The notes beneath the pieces are model-generated. The model was not told where the DNA came from. It searched no databases and saw only the letters and a list, made by a program, of their open reading frames with translations. The position numbers and the translations under genes were made by a program. From NCBI GenBank assembly GCA_039801565.1, contig JBDRUX010000032.1, forward strand, positions 1 through 21,953: a stretch of DNA of 21,953 nucleotides. Direction: 5' to 3'. Shown piece by piece: positions 8,359 to 16,027 of this stretch (the first letter of the stretch is position 1; the number at the start of each line of letters is the position of its first letter). This stretch comes from a candidate division WOR-3 bacterium. GTDB taxonomy: Bacteria; Hydrothermota; Tepidihabitantia; Tepidihabitantales; JAOUPE01.

Positions 8359-9750
8359 ATGGCTCATAAAAAAGAACTTATTTTAATCTCAGTTGTAGTT
8401 ATAATTATCCAGTCCCTTTTCACAATTCCGATTTTTCATAATATTAATCGGGCATTATTACCATTTGTCGATGCCATTCGTTATAACCGTTTGGCTCATA
8501 ACCTCATTGAAAACCATACCTATTCTCGTGATTCAATCCCGCCTTATCACCCAGAAATATTTGTCCCTCCCGGCTATCCGGCATTTATTGCTTTCTTTTA
8601 TACCCTTTTGGGCAAAATTCCAATTTCGATAATTATAATTCAGATAATACTCGCTTGCCTTACTGGCTTTCTAACATTTCTTTTCGCTAAAAAATTTATT
8701 AACAATCAAAAAATCGCATTATACGCTGGAATACTTTTTGGATTAAGTCCTAATATTGCATTCCATTCAACTAAGCTGATCAGTGAATCTTTATTCACCC
8801 TTCTATTATTGTTTGCCTTGTATCTACTCTTGGTCTCGGTCCGAAAGCAAAAAGAATCATATCTATTACTTGCTGGCTTTATTTTTGGTGTAGCAACTTA
8901 TGTTCGAACTATCGCAATCTATTTTCCGATTTTGATTTTTGTTATTTCAGTGATTTGGCATAAGAAGCTAAGGGTTCGTTTAGTCGGTATATTGGGTTTT
9001 ATCATTATTTATTTAGTGACTCTTGCCCCTTGGATTATTCGCAACTCAATCGTGTTCAAAAAACCAATCTTTGCCACAACTGGCGAGGTCAATATCTTTC
9101 TCTATAACGCACCAACGGTTCTTGCCAGTGAAAAAGGGATCAGTTTAACCGAGGCGCGCGATACCATCTGGAATGAAGTGCAAATGATTTTAACCAACAA
9201 TCCCGAATTAGATAGCACGAATGAAGTGATTCGAGCCCAAATTGGCGCTGGAGTCGGTTTGAAATACATTTTTCGTTACCCATTAACTTATACCAAGATT
9301 CACGACACAAGTTTTATTCTAAACTTTGTCGTTCCGATTGGCGTAAGCCCATTAATCCAATACTTAACCGGCACACCATTAACCGAGTTAAAGATAAGAC
9401 CAAGGGTGATGCAAGATGCCTTGGCATTATTCATTCGGGGTAAAATAAAACAAGCTTTCGATTTAGTATTAAAAGAAAGATTTTACAACCTCTCCCCTAT
9501 TGGATTTTTGATTCTAATCTGGGCAGGATTATTTCAGTTATTTATTATGGTCGGTGTAATAATTGGCTTGGTCCGTTTCTTCAAAAAAACTTTTTATTTA
9601 TTAATACCGATAATATACTTTACACTTGCAACTGGACCAGTTTGCGATGCCCGCTTGCGTGTGCCGATTGAGCCTTTACTCATCATTCTTGCTGGAATCG
9701 GTTATTTCTCGCTGTGTCAAAATAAAGAATTTATTAATTCAATGAAATGA
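8359..9750 (+). CDS. ArnT/PMT-like (GT-C fold) membrane glycosyltransferase
   Basis: DAIRY..LA, PPGYPAF, ISESLF, PWIIRN and ARLRVPIEP motifs with many TM helices. ATG 8359 preferred over TTG 8332. Confidence 0.8.
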   Translation: MAHKKELILISVVVIIIQSLFTIPIFHNINRALLPFVDAIRYNRLAHNLIENHTYSRDSIPPYHPEIFVPPGYPAFIAFFYTLLGKIPISIIIIQIILACLTGFLTFLFAKKFINNQKIALYAGILFGLSPNIAFHSTKLISESLFTLLLLFALYLLLVSVRKQKESYLLLAGFIFGVATYVRTIAIYFPILIFVISVIWHKKLRVRLVGILGFIIIYLVTLAPWIIRNSIVFKKPIFATTGEVNIFLYNAPTVLASEKGISLTEARDTIWNEVQMILTNNPELDSTNEVIRAQIGAGVGLKYIFRYPLTYTKIHDTSFILNFVVPIGVSPLIQYLTGTPLTELKIRPRVMQDALALFIRGKIKQAFDLVLKERFYNLSPIGFLILIWAGLFQLFIMVGVIIGLVRFFKKTFYLLIPIIYFTLATGPVCDARLRVPIEPLLIILAGIGYFSLCQNKEFINSMK

Positions 9751-9760
9751 AAGGAAACCA

Positions 9761-9844
9761 ATGGTCTATCTAATTTCGGTTTTATGGGCGGTAATTCTTT
9801 TCTTAGTCGCATTTTTTTTTCTAAAAAACAAATATAAAGTATAA
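9761..9844 (+). CDS. Possible 27-aa single-TM peptide or 5' remnant of a decayed gene
   Basis: AAGGA SD then MVYLISVLWAVILFLVAFFFLKNKYKV*. Confidence 0.3.
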   Translation: MVYLISVLWAVILFLVAFFFLKNKYKV

Positions 9845-10025
9845 CAATCTCTTGTCTTAATGGAATTTTGGCAAATGCGACAGCTTGGGAGATTTAAAAA
9901 ATATACTAACAAGGTAAAATCGCTTTTATATATTGGGGTAGCTGGAACACCGAAATATTCATTGCAAATGGTTAAACCACCGTCATAAATTAGAAATTTG
10001 TCTAAAACAACAATTCAAAATTTAA

Positions 10026-10074
10026 TTGACATTTTGGTAAAAAATTGTATAATGTATTAACTTGCTCTTTAAAA
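10026..10074 (+). promoter_or_regulatory. Strong sigma70 promoter followed by boxA-like site
   Basis: TTGACA (10026-10031), 16 nt, TATAAT (10048-10053), then TGCTCTTTAAAA (10063-10074). Confidence 0.75.
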
Positions 10075-10349
10075 TTTAGGTGAATTTGACAAAACTTAAG
10101 GCGGTAAAATAGGTTTCCGGGCTTCGTTTGGGAATCTCGGGGAAGGCAAATTATCTAAGTTCATTTTTCGCCGGATGGAGTGATTTTGTGGTTATAACTT
10201 TTTAGTGGTGTTTAGAGAAATTAAGAAAGGGGGTGAAATTAAAGATTTAAACTAAAATCTAAATCGCTCGTAGCCCAATTCGGCATTGTGAGAATAAGTG
10301 CTTGGCGGTTTAGGAAACGTGAGAGTTAAAACAAAGAAAGGAGTAAGGA

Positions 10350-12074
10350 ATGCAAAAATTGATGTTACTAAGTTTAATAATTGTCTTTACTTTTGCTGGG
10401 CCGCTAAAACCGGGCGATGTTTTGGAAATACCCCATCAAGCGATTAATGCTACGGACGAAGTAGTTCCACAACCAGTAAATCCCATTGTTCAGCAGCTGT
10501 TTGAGGCAAGTAAAAACTGCGACTGGGTGAGATATGACCAACTCTTAAAGGAGTGGAAAAACCAATTGCCACCATCCGAAACTAACGGACCAAATGAGGT
10601 AGAAATAAACATTGAACAGAATCCAATTTTGCGTTGGGGTGAAGATAAGATTATCTATGCTGGTGATGTTGCTTATAATCCTTGGGCTTTAGAAAATGAA
10701 GCAATCTCGGTTGACCATTATCGAGGCGATACACTTCGAGCTGCGGTAGTTATCGCAGATTCAGCGCTGTTAGTGTTCCAATCAAATGATAATGGAATGA
10801 CGTGGCAGGGGTTGATGGGCTGGTCTGCCTCTTGGATGTTTTATGAACCAGAAATCATCAACGACCCTCAAGGTAGATGGTATCATGTATTCTACCGTGC
10901 TTCTACCAACAACGGCGACGTAAGGGTTCTTACCGATTCTCTGGCTGGAGGTTGGTATGGTTTTTGGATTGAAAATACCAGCGATACAGTAGAAAACTAC
11001 ACGGTCTGTTCAGACCGAGCCGACCATCCTGACAACTACTGGCTATATTGCGCATTTCATAACAAACGTGGCGGTCAAGGCTATGACCGAATAAGGTTCA
11101 CAAGGTCATTTAATTTCGGTCTCAATTGGGAAACACCAACAGCAATATTGATTAACGGAGCAGGGTATCCTGACTTGGCTTATGGAGATAATGGTTATTT
11201 ATATATAACCCGCATCTTCAATGCTGTCAATGACACTAATTATATAAGAGTTACGCCCAGCTCCGATCGAGGAAACACTTGGGGTTCTCATGTTACAATC
11301 CAATCTGATACTACAACAAAACTCGGACCTCAGATTGCAGCAGCGCACGACGGCTCGGGCGATGTCTGGCTCGTTTGGGCGCGAAACTATCCTTATACAA
11401 CACCATCTAATTATGACCTTCTCTGGTCCTGGAGTCAAGATTTTGGTTCAACTTGGTCAAATTGGCGCTATCTGGATGGGTTGAATAGGGAGCACACAAT
11501 CTTACCAAGTATTTCAGTATACGATGCCAGTGGCTACCATTCTCCTTATGTGAGTTATAATGCTGTAGATACCGTCGGAACAAATCCTAAAGTATATACT
11601 ACCTATTGGCAAACTGATAGCACTTGGGCTGACCGGTCAACTTACAATGATTCGGTTCCCCAGATTTCAATCCGACCGGCTCAGACCTGGGAATTTGAAG
11701 GTATTCCAGCCCTTGCCTATGTAGGTGAAGGTGGCCACAACGTGTATTACGATGCCTGGTCAATGGGCGGTGTTGAAGAAGAGAAAGCAACGAAACCAAA
11801 ACAAGTACTCTTGAGCCATAACCAACCCAATCCATTTACCAATCGAACCCGGGTCCAATATTATGTGCCACAAGACGGCAGGGTCAGTCTGAAGGTCTAT
11901 AACACTTTGGGTAAGGAAGTAGTAAAACTGGTTGACGAATATAAGAAAGCAGGTGCCTATTCATTCACTTTAAATCGCGAGGAACTGGGCAGAGATATTC
12001 TACCGGCTGGGGTCTATTTCTTGAAACTTGAGGTCAATAACGCTAAGGTAACACGGAAAATAGTAATCCAGTAA
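10350..12074 (+). CDS. Secreted Asp-box (BNR/sialidase-like) repeat protein with T9SS-like C-terminal tail
   Basis: SD AAGGAG; signal peptide; Asp-boxes SNDNGMTW, SFNFGLNW, SSDRGNTW, SQDFGSTW; tail NQPNPF...VYNTLGKEV..LV...LPAGVYFLKL...KIVIQ. Confidence 0.85.
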   Translation: MQKLMLLSLIIVFTFAGPLKPGDVLEIPHQAINATDEVVPQPVNPIVQQLFEASKNCDWVRYDQLLKEWKNQLPPSETNGPNEVEINIEQNPILRWGEDKIIYAGDVAYNPWALENEAISVDHYRGDTLRAAVVIADSALLVFQSNDNGMTWQGLMGWSASWMFYEPEIINDPQGRWYHVFYRASTNNGDVRVLTDSLAGGWYGFWIENTSDTVENYTVCSDRADHPDNYWLYCAFHNKRGGQGYDRIRFTRSFNFGLNWETPTAILINGAGYPDLAYGDNGYLYITRIFNAVNDTNYIRVTPSSDRGNTWGSHVTIQSDTTTKLGPQIAAAHDGSGDVWLVWARNYPYTTPSNYDLLWSWSQDFGSTWSNWRYLDGLNREHTILPSISVYDASGYHSPYVSYNAVDTVGTNPKVYTTYWQTDSTWADRSTYNDSVPQISIRPAQTWEFEGIPALAYVGEGGHNVYYDAWSMGGVEEEKATKPKQVLLSHNQPNPFTNRTRVQYYVPQDGRVSLKVYNTLGKEVVKLVDEYKKAGAYSFTLNREELGRDILPAGVYFLKLEVNNAKVTRKIVIQ

Positions 12075-12085
12075 AACGAAAAACC

Positions 12086-12113
12086 AAGGGGGAGTCAAAA
12101 ACTCCCCCTTTTT
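12086..12113 (+). terminator. Rho-independent terminator
   Basis: AAGGGGGAGT-CAAAA-ACTCCCCCTT 10-bp stem then TTT. Confidence 0.88.
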
Positions 12114-12210
12114 AAATATTTCAAAAGTTATCCGATTTAACCGATAGATAAGAACCAAAAAACTAATGAATTGGACATCGCCCAAGAAAATTTAATTTAA
12201 AAATTAAGTA

Positions 12211-14187
12211 ATGAAAAATCTCTTTGACCGAATCGAACGCGAAAAATATTCAATTCTTCTTGGCTTTTTAGGACTTTTTTCGGTTATCTTCATTCGGAAC
12301 GTCTTAGAAAGTTCATTTGAAGGCACCCAGACCTTTGGTTTTTCCCCAATCAGCAGTCGTAGTTTTTATATGGTCTTTGTCCATTTTGCTTTATTCTACT
12401 TTTCGCTCTTTTTATGGTTGCTATTGATTTTTTATCTTTTTACTAAAGAAAAGATTGAAAAAATTGCCCGGGTTTTAATTTATGGTATGTGGTTTATTGT
12501 CATACCACCAATTGTTGATATTCTGATTTCAAAGGGTAGTGGTTATAAATTGACCTACCTTAAAGGGATTGAGCAATTTTTTGAAATTCATCGGTTCTTT
12601 GATATTACTAAAGATTTGCTCGAATCCAGTTGGGGACAGCGGATTGAAATACTATTGGCGCTGATAGGCGGAGCAGTTTATATTTTTATTAAGACCAAAA
12701 ATATTTTTAAAGCACTACTGGTCGCAATAATTCTTTATTTAACAATATTTCTGCACGGCGCATTGCCGAACACAATCGGTAAGATTCCTTTTTATTTTGG
12801 CTATAAGGAAATTAGTAGTTTAACTATCGTCACCGGCAATATCTTTTTTATTGATAGCCAGAATTATGCAATCATCTTTTTGTTTTTGTCCGTGATTCCG
12901 GGCTTAATAATTTTAAGAAAAATTGCACCTAAGACTTTTAAAAATTTGTTCAATCTAAAAAACAGTATTATTTTAATTGCCTTTCTGCTTATCGGAATGA
13001 TTTATGGGATCTACGAGTTAACTAAATATTATCAATATCTTTTTATTAATCCATTAACCTATTTAGTCATTGTCATCGCAATTTTATCTTTTCAGTCCCT
13101 TGCTCAGTTGTCATTGATTGAAAAACCTTTAACAATTCTTCTGCTTATTTTTCTCGGTTTTACCGCAATTACAATTGGACCAATTTTCGCAATAATTTTA
13201 GCAACTATTATGCTTTTAACTTACTTTGTCCAATTCAAAATCTTAAAATACGCTCTGACGATTCTGGCAGGATTTGCCATATTTTTTCAAAACCAGACCT
13301 TCTTTTGCTTCCTACCCTTTAATCAAAAATCAATTGAGTCATATGGCACTAAGGTCCAAGCCTGGAATCTTTTTTTAGATAGAAAATATAATCAGGCATT
13401 AAAAGAATACCAAAAAATTTTCGAGTTAAATCCTGATCTGGGAATAAAAAAATTTATTGGTCGGTGTTACTTGCATCTTGGCGAAATTGACAGTGGAATT
13501 AATTATCTTAAGACAATCCCAAAAATTGATTACGAAATTGTCCAAAGTTTGGGCGATGCCTATACGAATAAAAAAGATTTTGCCCAAGCCGAATTGGTTT
13601 ATTACCAGGCGATTAATAAGAATATCGAGCCATTAGAATTTCTCATTAAAATTGCTGAATTAAAAGCCCGCACTGGTCATAAGGCAGGGTTAGACCGAGT
13701 ACTTGAATCCGCCCAAAAATTTGGTTTGCCCAAATTTAAATATCATCAGATTATCGGCGACTTTCATCTCTTCCAACAAGATTATCAAAATGCTCGCTAC
13801 CATTACGAAAAATCACTTTACTATAATCCCCGTTCGATAACGGCTCGCTCAGGTCTGGCAACAATTTTTTATTATAAGAAAGATTATGAGCAGGCAGAAA
13901 ATGAATTCTTAAAAGCCTTGAAATTTGAACCGAAAAACGACGCCATCTACAATAACCTTGGTGCTATCTACCTTGTGAAAAGAGATTACGCAAAGGCAAA
14001 AGCGACATTTGAGAAATCAATAAGACTAAACCCTTCCCAAATCGAAGGCTATTATAATCTTGGTTTGATTTACGAAGCTACCGGTGAAATTGACGAAGCA
14101 AGCAGAATGTATCAAAAGGCACTCACTATCCATCCCCAATTTTCACCAGCCCGGGAGGCACTCAAAAGATTGGGGAGTAATGAATAA
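12211..14187 (+). CDS. Polytopic membrane protein with C-terminal TPR repeats
   Basis: About 370 aa of hydrophobic helices, then TPR motifs (AIYNNLGAIY...AKATFEKSIRLNP; GYYNLGLIY...ASRMYQKAL). Confidence 0.85.
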   Translation: MKNLFDRIEREKYSILLGFLGLFSVIFIRNVLESSFEGTQTFGFSPISSRSFYMVFVHFALFYFSLFLWLLLIFYLFTKEKIEKIARVLIYGMWFIVIPPIVDILISKGSGYKLTYLKGIEQFFEIHRFFDITKDLLESSWGQRIEILLALIGGAVYIFIKTKNIFKALLVAIILYLTIFLHGALPNTIGKIPFYFGYKEISSLTIVTGNIFFIDSQNYAIIFLFLSVIPGLIILRKIAPKTFKNLFNLKNSIILIAFLLIGMIYGIYELTKYYQYLFINPLTYLVIVIAILSFQSLAQLSLIEKPLTILLLIFLGFTAITIGPIFAIILATIMLLTYFVQFKILKYALTILAGFAIFFQNQTFFCFLPFNQKSIESYGTKVQAWNLFLDRKYNQALKEYQKIFELNPDLGIKKFIGRCYLHLGEIDSGINYLKTIPKIDYEIVQSLGDAYTNKKDFAQAELVYYQAINKNIEPLEFLIKIAELKARTGHKAGLDRVLESAQKFGLPKFKYHQIIGDFHLFQQDYQNARYHYEKSLYYNPRSITARSGLATIFYYKKDYEQAENEFLKALKFEPKNDAIYNNLGAIYLVKRDYAKAKATFEKSIRLNPSQIEGYYNLGLIYEATGEIDEASRMYQKALTIHPQFSPAREALKRLGSNE

Positions 14188-15034
14188 AATTCTTCGTGCC
14201 TGGTTATTCGGTTCAAGACCTTATATTGCTTTGCACTATATGTTTCCAACCGCATTCGGCATTTTTTTAGGGATGAATATTTTTAATAAACCAATTTATC
14301 TCCTCAAAACCGTTTTTTTGTTTCTGGCGATCTTCTTTTCTTATCAGGCATCAATAATTTTAAATGATATCAATGATATTAAAGCGGATGAGTTTTCCAA
14401 AAGAAAGACGCCGTTGAACACCAAAGAACTGAACCTTACCGAGTATCGAAATTGGGGAATAATTTTTGTTGTGATTGCCTTAGGATTTGGACTTTTAATT
14501 GGTTATCGAATGTTCTTAATCGTTTTCTTAGGCAATGTGCTCCATTTTTTATACTCTTCACCGCCGTTTCGATTGAAGCGGTTTTATCCACTGTCAATCC
14601 TTTTGCTCAGTTTCGGCGCATTGCTTGCTGCCATTGCCGGTTATGCAATCTATGAATCAGCGCGACCATTTATGTCTTTTCCTTTAAAGGCTACCTTGTT
14701 TATTGTTATCCCACTTTTTTTCGGTCTCAATTTTCGTGACCTTGCCGATTATGAAGGTGATAGAAAAACCAAAATTCAGACCCTCTTTACTCTTTTTGGC
14801 TTGGCTAAAGGTAGAATCATCAATGCGATTCTAATTTTCTTATCATATTGTTTAGTACCATTGATTCTACAGTTACCTTGGTTGTTCTTGGCAACATTAC
14901 CCCTTGGTCTTACGAGTCTTTATTATTGTCTTAAAAAACCATTTAAAGAAAAGCCGATCTTCTATATCTATTTTCTTTTAATTGCTATTCTAACCGTATT
15001 ATTCAATCTAAAACCAGCATTAATTATTCAATAA
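14180..15034 (+). CDS. UbiA family prenyltransferase
   Basis: ATG 14180 (GGGAG SD, overlaps the TPR gene stop). SRP, NDINDIKAD, YSSPPFRLK and RDLADYEGD aspartate-rich motifs. Confidence 0.9.
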   Translation: MNKILRAWLFGSRPYIALHYMFPTAFGIFLGMNIFNKPIYLLKTVFLFLAIFFSYQASIILNDINDIKADEFSKRKTPLNTKELNLTEYRNWGIIFVVIALGFGLLIGYRMFLIVFLGNVLHFLYSSPPFRLKRFYPLSILLLSFGALLAAIAGYAIYESARPFMSFPLKATLFIVIPLFFGLNFRDLADYEGDRKTKIQTLFTLFGLAKGRIINAILIFLSYCLVPLILQLPWLFLATLPLGLTSLYYCLKKPFKEKPIFYIYFLLIAILTVLFNLKPALIIQ

Positions 15035-15551
15035 GAATCAAACAGCAATATTTGGAAATTGCTTCTCTTGACTTTACGACTTCTAATTTTATTCCAACAT
15101 TACTTGCGGTCTTATAGACATCAATACCACAAGCCTCCATTGCCGGACGGGCAAGTTCAGGAAATTTGCAAGGTTTAGTAACATCACAAGGCAAACAGAA
15201 CCGACAAGGTCCAGCCACCATCGCAAATGCCTTATAATAACCATCCAAGAAAATCTCTTTTTCCAAATTGGCAATTGCTTTATGCATCTTGCGCCGTTTT
15301 GCTCTTTCTTCACCTGGGCGAGCCGAGTAGGTAAGAATTAATGCCTTATCATATTGTGCTACCATCTGTTGAGTATATTCAGGAGTTGGTGAAAAAGGCG
15401 GGCAGGTTAGCCGTTTGCCATAACAATCACAACCATATTGGCATTTTAGCCTAACCCAATTACCAGTAACAATATTCTTAGTCTCGATTATTTTTGCTTC
15501 TTCGGCACCAAAATTTAATGCCTTTTTCACATATTTCTTTAAATTACTCAT
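15024..15551 (-). CDS. DUF2284 family predicted metal-binding protein
   Basis: KCQYGCDCYG..LTCPP and GPCRFCLPC...C.FP..ARPAMEACGIDV cysteine pattern. Confidence 0.85.
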   Translation of the reverse strand: MSNLKKYVKKALNFGAEEAKIIETKNIVTGNWVRLKCQYGCDCYGKRLTCPPFSPTPEYTQQMVAQYDKALILTYSARPGEERAKRRKMHKAIANLEKEIFLDGYYKAFAMVAGPCRFCLPCDVTKPCKFPELARPAMEACGIDVYKTASNVGIKLEVVKSREAISKYCCLILIE

Positions 15552-15949
15552 ATTGAAAATAAAATGATTGCAATTGCGGCTAAGATTATGCCGATAATAT
15601 GAGCCGGGTTAAGAGGTTCTCTTAAAAGCAGAAAGCCAAGAATCGCCGGAATAATAAAATATAGTCCGGTAAATGGAATTACGACCGAAGCCGGTCCTTT
15701 GGCTAATGCTAAATAGAAAGAAATCGTCGCAATGCTTGAAATTAAACCAATGAGCAAGGCGTAAATTGCAAACCGGTCAAATCGAACCTGGGTTGTCGCA
15801 AAAGTATAAATGGCGATAAAAATGATTGGGGCAAGGGTTGCGAAGAAGATAAACAAGGTCATATTCATATTCTTAGTGAGCAGTTTACTGAAAAATCCCC
15901 AGACGCCCCAACCTACTAAGGCAATTAAGCAATAAATCCGGTAGTCCAT
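15548..15949 (-). CDS. EamA/DMT family small membrane transporter (single domain)
   Basis: WGVWGFFSK, FYLALAKGPASVVIP and LLREP..IIGI motifs; about five TM helices. Confidence 0.85.
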   Translation of the reverse strand: MDYRIYCLIALVGWGVWGFFSKLLTKNMNMTLFIFFATLAPIIFIAIYTFATTQVRFDRFAIYALLIGLISSIATISFYLALAKGPASVVIPFTGLYFIIPAILGFLLLREPLNPAHIIGIILAAIAIILFSI

Positions 15950-15958
15950 TGGTGATGG

Positions 15959-16022
15959 AATATACCATTTAACTGGTTAAAGTCAATATGATACTTGACT
16001 TTTCTTTTCGCTAAATTATATT
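15959..16022. promoter_or_regulatory. Back-to-back divergent promoters (eamA / mutase)
   Basis: Minus strand: TTGACT (15986-15981), 16 nt, TATATT (15964-15959), 9 nt, ATG. Plus strand: TTGACT (15995-16000), 16 nt, TATATT (16017-16022), 5 nt, GTG. Confidence 0.75.
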
Positions 16023-16027
16023 AAAGC

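Noticed and set aside
10054..10349. Known riboswitch (c-di-GMP, TPP, SAM, cobalamin) or tRNA in the long leader
   Set aside because: I could not find the conserved core motifs by eye; only weak G-U-rich hairpins are present.
3055..14179. ORF-track starts at 3055, 5695, 8332 and 14084
   Set aside because: Downstream ATGs (3106, 5749, 8359, 14180) fit SD sites, signal peptides or gene overlaps better. The upstream starts at 3055, 5695 and 8332 fall at or beside -35-like boxes.
15024..15034. Convergent 11-bp overlap of ubiA and DUF2284 as antisense regulation
   Set aside because: Short tail-to-tail overlaps are common in compact genomes, and there is no further evidence.
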